Assembly: GCA_910587225.1 (NCBI GenBank)
Contig: CAJULT010000001.1
Coordinates: 42,753-106,752, forward strand
Origin: an uncultured Christensenellaceae bacterium
GTDB lineage: Bacteria > Bacillota > Clostridia > Christensenellales > UBA1242
Reading direction: 5' to 3'
DNA length: 64,000 bases
Part shown: positions 17,277 to 24,633 of the stretch, in pieces
Position numbering within the stretch: the first letter of the stretch is position 1
Layout of the letters: each line of letters begins with the position of its first letter
The notes under the pieces: model-generated
The model's database searches: none
What the model was told of the DNA's origin: nothing
What the model saw: the letters and a program-made list of their open reading frames with translations, nothing else
Program-made: the position numbers and the translations under genes

Positions 17277-17693
17277 TTCGTCTTCGCCTGCGTCCTGTGG
17301 CATATATTCAAATTGTAATTCTTTTGGACTGATGATTTGGGCTTTCTCAGTTTCATTATGAATAGGCAAGAGTGGGGTTTCAAGCGTTTTGCACCAGCCG
17401 ATAATTTTTTTGCCATTACTTTCAGTTTGGCTGTTTTCGTTGAATTCTTCGTTCGGTACGAACTCGCCAACCTTGTAATATTCTTGGTTATATTCAGGTG
17501 AGCGGCGTTCCAGCTTTTTGCCTTTAAAGTAGAAATTCTCTACATCGACATCATAAAGTTTGAAAGAGTAGGTTTCTGTGCCGTACAATTTGAAATTTTT
17601 CTTTACCCACTCAATGTCATGAGTAGGTATTTCTGTTGTTCTTTCACTGCATCCGATATCAGCAATTTTTTCGTGAATATAATGTTTAACCAT
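17274..17693 (-). CDS. Hypothetical cytoplasmic protein (139 aa, acidic C terminus)
   Basis: AGGAGA RBS 8 nt upstream of the ATG at 17693. No family recognised. Confidence 0.7.
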   Translation of the reverse strand: MVKHYIHEKIADIGCSERTTEIPTHDIEWVKKNFKLYGTETYSFKLYDVDVENFYFKGKKLERRSPEYNQEYYKVGEFVPNEEFNENSQTESNGKKIIGWCKTLETPLLPIHNETEKAQIISPKELQFEYMPQDAGEDE

Positions 17694-17715
17694 GATTCTT
17701 ATCTCCTTTTTATAT

Positions 17716-17743
17716 AGTATAACATGCGGGGGGGGGATGTCAA
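17716..17743 (-). promoter_or_regulatory. Sigma-A promoter TTGACA-16-TATACT with a C9 tract in the spacer
   Basis: The minus strand reads TTGACA t CCCCCCCCC gcatgt TATACT. The G9 run is at 17728-17736 on the plus strand. Confidence 0.6.
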
Positions 17744-17819
17744 GTCTGTTTCTAAAAAAACAGCCAACGGCTGTTCACTTTTATGCACGCGCTGCAAGGC
17801 GAGCGCATAAAGTATTATT

Positions 17820-17909
17820 ATGAAAGAGAACAACAAATTTAAAATCATTTGCATTAAAGTGCCTAAATGGCTAAGCTATATCTTACGCAAATTACAAAAA
17901 AGCAACTAA
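17820..17909 (+). CDS. spoVM: SpoVM-like small sporulation peptide (29 aa), absent from the ORF track
   Basis: MKENNKFKIICIKVPKWLSYILRKLQKSN resembles the remembered B. subtilis SpoVM sequence MKFYTIKLPKFLGGIVRAML. Adjacency to rpmB matches B. subtilis synteny. There is no clear SD. Confidence 0.6.
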   Translation: MKENNKFKIICIKVPKWLSYILRKLQKSN

Positions 17910-17920
17910 TTTCAGGGCAT

Positions 17921-17944
17921 AAAAAAGGACTGAAAAGTCAGTCC
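17921..17944 (-). terminator. rpmB terminator
   Basis: GGACTG-aaaagt-CAGTCC, with a T6 run on the minus strand. Confidence 0.6.
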
Positions 17945-17956
17945 TCAAACCTTTCT

Positions 17957-18139
17957 TTATGCCTTCTTTGCTTTTTTGATGCAACGTGTACAAGCCTTAA
18001 CTTTGGTTGGTTTTCCATCAACTTCGATGGTGGTTTCTTGTAAGTTAAGTTCAAAAGTTCTGTTCATCTTCTTGTTTGAAAAGCAAACTTGATGACCTGT
18101 TCCGCGGCTTCTTCCGCATATTTCACATACTCTGCTCAT
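17957..18139 (-). CDS. rpmB: 50S ribosomal protein L28
   Basis: MSRVCEICGR...GHQVCFSNKK. ATG at 18139 after a GGAGGA RBS. Confidence 0.93.
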   Translation of the reverse strand: MSRVCEICGRSRGTGHQVCFSNKKMNRTFELNLQETTIEVDGKPTKVKACTRCIKKAKKA

Positions 18140-18298
18140 AATGTCCTCCAATTCTCACGCATTTAACTATATCATCTTTTTTCTTAAAAATCAACTCTTT
18201 TTGTCAAGATTTCGAAAATTCTTTAAATTTCGTTTGTATTTTTGATTGCTTTATAGTATAGTATATAAAGCAAGAAATATCTTTAAGGGGGCAAAAGC

Positions 18299-18649
18299 TT
18301 GACTGTTGATACCAATAATTATTATGGCAACATTTCAATTAGCGACGACTCGATTAGGGTGGTCGCAGGTTATGCTGCACTTGATTGCTATGGCGTGGTT
18401 GACCTTGTTTCCCGTTCACTTAAAGATAGTGCGCGCGAATTATTAAAAAAAGAATCTTATTCCAAGGGAATTAAAATCAGTCATATCGACAACCGCATCT
18501 ACATTGACGTTTTCTGTATTTTGAAATACGGTGTGTCTATTAGTGCTGTGGCGGAGAGTCTTCGCAATACTGTTAAGTACAGCGTTGAGAGATTTACTGG
18601 CATGCTTGTTGACGCAGTCAATGTTCATGTTGTCGGCGTGAGAGTTTAG
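18299..18649 (+). CDS. Asp23/Gls24-family envelope stress protein (YloU-like)
   Basis: ISISDDSIRVVAGYAALDCYGVVDL is an Asp23 signature. It precedes the DAK2 protein, as yloU-yloV do in Bacillus. Confidence 0.85.
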   Translation: MTVDTNNYYGNISISDDSIRVVAGYAALDCYGVVDLVSRSLKDSARELLKKESYSKGIKISHIDNRIYIDVFCILKYGVSISAVAESLRNTVKYSVERFTGMLVDAVNVHVVGVRV

Positions 18650-18662
18650 GAGATACTATACT

Positions 18663-20297
18663 ATGATAAAGACAATCGGGGGCGCAACATTCCGCAAGAT
18701 GATCGTTGCAGGCGCTAGCCTTCTTGAACAAAACAAAAAGTACGTTGACTCGCTCAACGTTTTTCCTGTACCAGACGGAGATACTGGGACTAATATGTTC
18801 CTCACCATGAAATCTGCTGTTAACGAACTTTCTAAGTGTATCAACAACAATGTTGACGAACTTAGCGAGTGCTTTGCCAAAGGTGCTTTAAAGGGCGCTA
18901 GGGGTAACAGCGGTGTTATCACTTCTCAAATTTTTAAGGGCTTTTGCAGCGAAACAGCTAAGGTAAGTGAAGTTACTACCAAAGTTTTCGCCAAAGCTAT
19001 GCAGGCGGGAGCTGAGATTGCTTACAAAGCAGTTACTAAGCCAAAAGAGGGGACTATTCTTACTGTTATTCGCGTTATGGCTGAAAATGCGGTAAACGTT
19101 GCTAAAAAGTGTGACGACTTTGAAGTTTTCCTTAAAAGCGTACTTGACACAGGTGAAGAAATTTTAAGACAGACACCTGAAATGCTTCCTGTACTCAAAA
19201 AAGCAGGGGTAGTTGACGCGGGCGGACGCGGAATTTTAATTATCTTCACTGGTTTCTATAAACTTCTTATTGGACAAGAGGATCTTGAAATCAATTTTGA
19301 GGACGAACAAAAACCTCAAACCGTTGATGATGTTATTGCCGACATTAACAGTCTTGGCGACATCCAATTCGGTTATTGCACCGAGTATATGATCATCAAC
19401 ATGAACAAAAAGACCACCGAAGCCGACATTGACAAGCTCCGTGAGAAGTTGATGGCAATAGGCGACAGCGTAATCTGCATTGGTGACCTTAACCTTGTAA
19501 AAGTGCATGTTCACTCAAATGAACCTAACAAGGCTATTGGTTACGCTTTGGAGCTTGGCGAAATTTACAATATTAAAATTGAAAATATGCGCGAGCAGAA
19601 CCGTGAATTAAAGAAAAAGGCTAATGTGCTTGAAGAAACTAAGGAAATCGGTATGGTTGCAGTTGCTCCTGGTGAGGGACTTAGCGCAATTTTCAAGGAC
19701 TTGGGGGTTGACGAGATTATTTTTGGCGGACAAACTATGAACCCTAGCGCTGCCGACATTGCAGCTGCGGCTGATAAAGTTCCTGCACGTAATGTCATTG
19801 TATTCCCTAATAATAAGAACATTATTTTGGCTGCACAGCAGGCAAATGACCTTACAAATAAAAACCTTGTAATTATTCCTACCCGCAGCGTTCCAGAAGG
19901 AATTTCAGCGTCTATTGCTTTCAATCCTGAGGGGGCAGTTGAGGAAAATACAGAGGCTATGAAAGAGGCAATTAAAGCTGTTAAATCAGCATCTGTAACC
20001 TATGCGGTGCGTGATACGCATGTTGACGGTTTTGACCTTAGAGTTGGTGAAATCATCGGTCTTGACGATAAGGCAATTTTGGCAAAAGGCAAGCTTGTTG
20101 CTGACACTACCGAAACACTTATCGAAAAGCTTATGACAGAAGAGATTATGACAATAACTCTTTTCTACGGTGAAGACATTCGCGAAGAAGAGGCGATGGC
20201 ACTTGCTGAGAAACTTGGCGCGAAGTATCCTGATTGCGAAGTTTCAGCAGCTTATGGCGGACAGCCAGTATATTACTACCTTGTATCTTTGGAATAA
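18663..20297 (+). CDS. DAK2 domain fusion protein (YloV-like)
   Basis: PDGDTGTNM Dak2 motif, 544 aa, and synteny with asp23. Confidence 0.88.
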   Translation: MIKTIGGATFRKMIVAGASLLEQNKKYVDSLNVFPVPDGDTGTNMFLTMKSAVNELSKCINNNVDELSECFAKGALKGARGNSGVITSQIFKGFCSETAKVSEVTTKVFAKAMQAGAEIAYKAVTKPKEGTILTVIRVMAENAVNVAKKCDDFEVFLKSVLDTGEEILRQTPEMLPVLKKAGVVDAGGRGILIIFTGFYKLLIGQEDLEINFEDEQKPQTVDDVIADINSLGDIQFGYCTEYMIINMNKKTTEADIDKLREKLMAIGDSVICIGDLNLVKVHVHSNEPNKAIGYALELGEIYNIKIENMREQNRELKKKANVLEETKEIGMVAVAPGEGLSAIFKDLGVDEIIFGGQTMNPSAADIAAAADKVPARNVIVFPNNKNIILAAQQANDLTNKNLVIIPTRSVPEGISASIAFNPEGAVEENTEAMKEAIKAVKSASVTYAVRDTHVDGFDLRVGEIIGLDDKAILAKGKLVADTTETLIEKLMTEEIMTITLFYGEDIREEEAMALAEKLGAKYPDCEVSAAYGGQPVYYYLVSLE

Positions 20298-20361
20298 TAA
20301 AAAATATTGTAAAAGCGGCGAAAAAGTCGCTTTTTTTATTACTTTATGTTAGAATATAAGT

Positions 20362-21150
20362 ATGAGAATTGACATTTATCTTGTAAAAAAGGGGATAATA
20401 ACCTCTCGCGAGAAGGCAAAAGAAGCGGTTGTTAATGGTGAGATTATGGTGGGCGGCAGCGTTGTTACTAAGCCCTCTTTTGTAGTGAATGAGGGCGATG
20501 AGGTAAGCGTAAAAGAGGTTAAAAGGTATGTTTCGCGAGGTGCGCACAAGCTTTTACGCGCCAAAAGCGAGTTTGATTTTGAAATCTTAGGCAAGGTAGT
20601 AATGGACATGGGTGCGTCAACTGGCGGCTTTACTCAGGTGGCACTTGAAAGCGGTGCGAGCAAGGTGTATAGTGTGGATGTGGGGCGCGGAGAACTTGCA
20701 ACTATTTTAAGAGAAGACGCGCGGGTTGTGAATATGGAAAATACCGATATCCGTGCGCTTACGGCGGACATGTGCAAAGATGTGCAACTTGTAGTCGGTG
20801 ACTTATCCTTTATTTCGCTAAGACATATTTTACCAAAACTTAAAGACCTATTTGGCAAACCAGAATGTGTGCTTTTATTTAAACCGCAATTTGAGTGCGG
20901 TGCGAATGAAGCGAAAAAATATAAGGGGGTTGTGCTTGATAAGAAACTTCATATAAGGCTACTTGAAGAGTTTGCTATCTATGTTAAAGGGCTTGGTTTT
21001 GAACTTAGTGAACTTACATATAGCGATTTGCGAGGCAAGGAAGGAAACATTGAATATCTTGTGCATTTAAACGGGCTAGCTAAAAAGATTAATATCGTTG
21101 ATATAGTAGAAAATGCGTTTAATGCATTATTAAAAAAGCAACCGAGGTAG
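20362..21150 (+). CDS. tlyA: TlyA-family rRNA 2'-O-methyltransferase
   Basis: N-terminal S4 domain (RIDIYLVKKGIITSREKA) followed by an FtsJ-like methyltransferase (DMGASTGGFTQV). Confidence 0.85.
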   Translation: MRIDIYLVKKGIITSREKAKEAVVNGEIMVGGSVVTKPSFVVNEGDEVSVKEVKRYVSRGAHKLLRAKSEFDFEILGKVVMDMGASTGGFTQVALESGASKVYSVDVGRGELATILREDARVVNMENTDIRALTADMCKDVQLVVGDLSFISLRHILPKLKDLFGKPECVLLFKPQFECGANEAKKYKGVVLDKKLHIRLLEEFAIYVKGLGFELSELTYSDLRGKEGNIEYLVHLNGLAKKINIVDIVENAFNALLKKQPR

Positions 21151-21162
21151 GTTGCTTTTTTG
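21132..21162. terminator. Bidirectional terminator shared by tlyA and the Cys/Pro-rich gene
   Basis: AGCAACC-gaggta-GGTTGCT flanked by A6 and T6 runs. Confidence 0.7.
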
Positions 21163-21167
21163 TGTTA

Positions 21168-21491
21168 TTATTTTTGGTTTCCGCAAAAGGACATTCCTGC
21201 TAAGAAAAATATCAAACTGCATGGGATTTGCAAGTTAAAGCAGCCGCACGGGTCGCAGGGACGAGTGCAGGGATTCCAGTTTGTACAAGGACAGCAAGGT
21301 TGCGGGTTAGGGAAGCCAAAAGGTTGCTGCCAAATATCTGAAAATGGTGGGCGGCAGTTACAGCCATCAAACGGCGGACGAGGGTTTGGGAAAGACCCGC
21401 AGCCACAATCGTTTGGAAAAGGTGGGCGAGGCGGGTGGCGATGAAAACACTGCATATCTACAAAGTTACCAAGTGTATAACTCGTGTTCAT
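21168..21491 (-). CDS. Cys/Pro-rich small protein (107 aa), candidate spore-surface protein
   Basis: Strong AAAGGAGGAAATT RBS before the ATG at 21491. The protein has many Cys and Pro residues (PPRPPFPNDCGCG..., CCPCTNWNPCTRPCDPCGC). Confidence 0.65.
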   Translation of the reverse strand: MNTSYTLGNFVDMQCFHRHPPRPPFPNDCGCGSFPNPRPPFDGCNCRPPFSDIWQQPFGFPNPQPCCPCTNWNPCTRPCDPCGCFNLQIPCSLIFFLAGMSFCGNQK

Positions 21492-21540
21492 AATTTCCTC
21501 CTTTTAGCATTTTGCACGAATTTTTTTCGTAAATTAAACT

Positions 21541-22536
21541 ATGAGGCAATCTATCTATGCTTTTTTAGTTACGCTAGGGACGGTAATTGGGTCTGGCTTT
21601 TTGTCGGGCAAGGAAATTGTGGTCTTTTTTACAAGGTTTGGTCTATTATCCTTTCCTTGTATTTTCCTTGCTTTTTTCTTATTTTGGGGCATTTTTTACT
21701 TCATGATGCTCAGAGGCGGCGACGCATTAGAGCGGCTAGAAAAGTCGCCGGTAGCCAACATAAGTAACATCATTGTTTGCATTACAATTGGCGGGGCAAT
21801 GTTCGCGGGAAGTTATGACATAGTGGCGGGCAGCAAAGTGGCAAGCTATATAGTGATGTTTATTTTAGTATGCATTTGCTTTTATGTTGTTAAAAAAGGT
21901 ACAGCATCACTTGGCAAGATAAGCACGGTTTTACTGCCATTTATGATAATCTTTCTGCTTATCAATGGCGGGCTTAGTTTGGACTTTTCAAAGCCGCTAC
22001 TTAGCGGGCAGAATAGTCTTGCCTGCATTTATTATGCGGTCATGTATGTTGTTTTCAACACATCAAATTCGGGCTTGCTACTTGCGCACATGAGTAAAAA
22101 CCTATCCAAAAAGCAAAAAGCACGAGTGAGCTTTGCGTCAGCACTCGTACTTTCAGCCATATTACTACTCGCAAACATTTTGCTTTTGCAAAACGGAGCG
22201 GTTTGCGGGGAAGATATGCCGCTACTTGCAATCTTTGGCGGCGGGGGAAGGGTTGTGATGCAGATTGTTCTATTTCTAGGTTGCATAACCACCTTATTTT
22301 CGCTTGTGTTTTCGCTTGCCTGCTCGCTTAGAGGGCTTATGCGGGCGAGGCTTGCGAACATTTTAGCGGTTATTTTGCCGCTTATAGTTAGTTTTGCAGG
22401 CTTTGGTTTTATCGTTTCCCAGCTGTATCCGCTGACGAGTGTGCTTTCGGCGCTTATTATTTTTGACTTATTTTTGTTGCCATTTTTCAAGAAGCCCAAC
22501 AAGCGCATTCATTGCAGCGGCAAGGATGCAAAGTAG
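21541..22536 (+). CDS. YkvI-like polytopic membrane protein (putative transporter)
   Basis: N-terminal LGTVIGSGFLSGKEIVVFF resembles the YkvI family. About 10 TM segments. Confidence 0.6.
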   Translation: MRQSIYAFLVTLGTVIGSGFLSGKEIVVFFTRFGLLSFPCIFLAFFLFWGIFYFMMLRGGDALERLEKSPVANISNIIVCITIGGAMFAGSYDIVAGSKVASYIVMFILVCICFYVVKKGTASLGKISTVLLPFMIIFLLINGGLSLDFSKPLLSGQNSLACIYYAVMYVVFNTSNSGLLLAHMSKNLSKKQKARVSFASALVLSAILLLANILLLQNGAVCGEDMPLLAIFGGGGRVVMQIVLFLGCITTLFSLVFSLACSLRGLMRARLANILAVILPLIVSFAGFGFIVSQLYPLTSVLSALIIFDLFLLPFFKKPNKRIHCSGKDAK

Positions 22537-23265
22537 ACATATACTGGTCATAACTATATCAAGTTTCAGCATTTGGCTGCCATAACTTATTAGGTAGCCA
22601 AGTCCTGCCTTACTTGACAGGTATTCGCCCATAACCGTTCCTACCCAGCTCATACCTACATTCACTTTTAGTACGCTTACTAGCGCGCCAAGTGAGGAAG
22701 GAAGAACGAGTTTGAACAGAATTTGCAGTTTGTTTGCCCGCATTGATTTCATAAGTAGTAGTTTATCGGGGTCAACTGATATAAAGGCATTTAACATGGT
22801 GATAACTGTGATGACTATACAAATTAGCACACACATTACCACAGTAGCTTTGCTGCCTGAGCCTACCCAAAATATTATCATAGGGCCGAGCGCGATTTTG
22901 GGCAAGCTGTTTAGAATAATTAGATATGGCTCTAAGATTTTTCGTAGTCTTTCGCTCCACCAGAGCATGACCGCAATTACAAGGCCGAGCGCCATTGCAA
23001 TTATAAATCCGATTATCGTTTCATATAGAGATGTCCAGATATGGAGCATCAAGTTTCCATTTGTCAGTAGGTCAACAAAGGTGACAGCTATCCGAGAAGG
23101 AGAGGAGAAGAAAAAGGGATCAAGCACGCCTACATAGGTGAGAAGTTGCCACAAGGCAAGAAATACTATGAATATGGTTATTTGCCAAAAAATGACAATT
23201 ATCTTATCTTTTTTGAGCCGTTTTAGATATTTTTTATGAGCTTGTGAAAGGTTCTGTGTTTTCAT
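22468..23265 (-). CDS. ABC transporter permease (NitT/TauT-type)
   Basis: Six-TM BPD-transport-type permease with an EAA-like loop. Overlaps the upstream ATPase gene. Confidence 0.85.
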   Translation of the reverse strand: MKTQNLSQAHKKYLKRLKKDKIIVIFWQITIFIVFLALWQLLTYVGVLDPFFFSSPSRIAVTFVDLLTNGNLMLHIWTSLYETIIGFIIAMALGLVIAVMLWWSERLRKILEPYLIILNSLPKIALGPMIIFWVGSGSKATVVMCVLICIVITVITMLNAFISVDPDKLLLMKSMRANKLQILFKLVLPSSLGALVSVLKVNVGMSWVGTVMGEYLSSKAGLGYLISYGSQMLKLDIVMTSICLLCILAAAMNALVGLLEKWQQK

Positions 23266-24019
23266 TGGTAAGATTTCTCCATATCATTTCAAAATGCTTG
23301 CCAAAATCTTTGTCCTCGCGTTTTGCAAGTGGGGTATCGCCGCTAAGAGATAAATCTAACGTCTCTTTTACGCTTGCTGGACGATGAGAGAGTATGACAA
23401 TTCTGTCGCTTAGGGATAGCGCTTCCGAGATGTCGTGAGTGACTAGCAGCGCCGTCTTATGTTCAGTTTTAATAATGTTATAAACATCATCGCAAACTTT
23501 CAGACGGGTTTGGAAGTCTAGGGCTGAAAAAGGTTCGTCAAGAAGCAAGAGCGATGGCTCAAGCACAAGCGTGCGGATGAGAGCAACTCGCTGGCGCATA
23601 CCTCCACTTAAAGTGCGAGGTTTTTTATTTTTGAAGCCGTAGAGGTCATATTTTTTTAGAAGAGTTTCGGCAAGTTCAATCTTTTTCGGATCTTTATTTT
23701 TCTTTTGAAGTTCAAGTCCAAGCATTATGTTTTGCCAGATAGTGCGCCATTCAAAAAGCTGGTCACGCTGGAACATGTAGCCTATTCGGTCATCATTTTT
23801 GGTTACTTTGCGTCCTTCTAAGGTTATTTCGCCGTCTGACGGGTCGAGTAGACCTGCGGTAAGCGACAGGACGGTTGTTTTTCCGCAGCCACTTGGGCCA
23901 ACTAGGGATGCAAAGCTAAATTTGTCTACTTCAAAAGAGACATCTTTAAGGGCATGAACTTCACTTTCTTTTGTTTGATAAAAGAAGTTGACATTTTTGA
24001 ACTCTAAAAACTTTTCCAT
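23234..24019 (-). CDS. ABC transporter ATP-binding protein (NitT/TauT-type)
   Basis: Walker A GPSGCGKTT, signature LSGGMRQRV and Walker B LLLLDEP. Confidence 0.9.
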   Translation of the reverse strand: MEKFLEFKNVNFFYQTKESEVHALKDVSFEVDKFSFASLVGPSGCGKTTVLSLTAGLLDPSDGEITLEGRKVTKNDDRIGYMFQRDQLFEWRTIWQNIMLGLELQKKNKDPKKIELAETLLKKYDLYGFKNKKPRTLSGGMRQRVALIRTLVLEPSLLLLDEPFSALDFQTRLKVCDDVYNIIKTEHKTALLVTHDISEALSLSDRIVILSHRPASVKETLDLSLSGDTPLAKREDKDFGKHFEMIWRNLTNENTEPFTSS

Positions 24020-24085
24020 TTTTACCTCTACAATAACATTTTAGCGGGGATAAAAATATTTGTTACTATTTTGTGGCAGTAAACC

Positions 24086-24114
24086 TTGATTTGAAAAATT
24101 TCGGATTATATAAT
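24086..24114 (+). promoter_or_regulatory. Consensus sigma-A promoter TTGATT-17-TATAAT in front of the phage-like module
   Basis: TTGATT at 24086-24091, a 17-nt spacer, and TATAAT at 24109-24114. Confidence 0.6.
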
Positions 24115-24140
24115 TTGCCAAAAGTTGCGGGGAGGAAAGC

Positions 24141-24431
24141 GTGGACGATGAGGAAAAGATACGAAAAGCCTTGCTGAAAAAGGCTCTTGGTTACATGGCG
24201 AGCGAAACAGTTGAAGAGTATGTTTTAGATGAGAACGGACAAGAAAAGCTGGCTAAACGAAAGGTAACCAAAAAGCATGTAAGCCCCGATATTGCAGCGG
24301 TTAGAGTTTACCTTGAACGGTACAACACCGACCTTGCAGACAGCATAAGGGGAATGAGCGATGAAGAACTTTTGGCTGAACAAACGCGACTTTTAAAACT
24401 TTTGAAGGAGGAATATGATGGAAATTTATGA
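24141..24431 (+). CDS. Phage protein resembling the C-terminal part of small terminase subunits
   Basis: GTG start after a GGGGAGGAAA RBS. KKALGY...KVTKKHVSPDIAAVRVYLER resembles TerS C-terminal motifs. Confidence 0.4.
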   Translation: MDDEEKIRKALLKKALGYMASETVEEYVLDENGQEKLAKRKVTKKHVSPDIAAVRVYLERYNTDLADSIRGMSDEELLAEQTRLLKLLKEEYDGNL

Positions 24432-24633
24432 GTGTAGGCACAAAGTCAAATGCGATTTTGCGGGCTGTGGAAAGGTGGCAAAATATTCGCTTGTGAAGCG
24501 GGGCTTACTTAGGCGTGACATAAATTTTTGTGATGAATGCCTAAGCGAGATTGCGAGGCTTGCCGGGAAGGTTAAAGCGCCAAGGGCGGTAAAAAGTCCA
24601 TTTAAATTAAATAAAAGGTTGGAGGAGAAATGA
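24418..24633 (+). CDS. Small Cys-rich (zinc-finger-like) phage protein
   Basis: CRHKVKCDFAGCG...FCDECL. Its stop overlaps the portal start (ATGA). Confidence 0.6.
   Translation: MEIYECRHKVKCDFAGCGKVAKYSLVKRGLLRRDINFCDECLSEIARLAGKVKAPRAVKSPFKLNKRLEEK

Noticed and set aside
21160-21444. A Gly/Gln-rich 94-aa plus-strand ORF antisense to the Cys/Pro-rich gene, plus 21212-21406 (minus strand, different frame).
   Set aside because: Only the 21168-21491 minus-strand frame has a strong Shine-Dalgarno and terminator context. The others look like mirror ORFs produced by GC-rich codon repeats.
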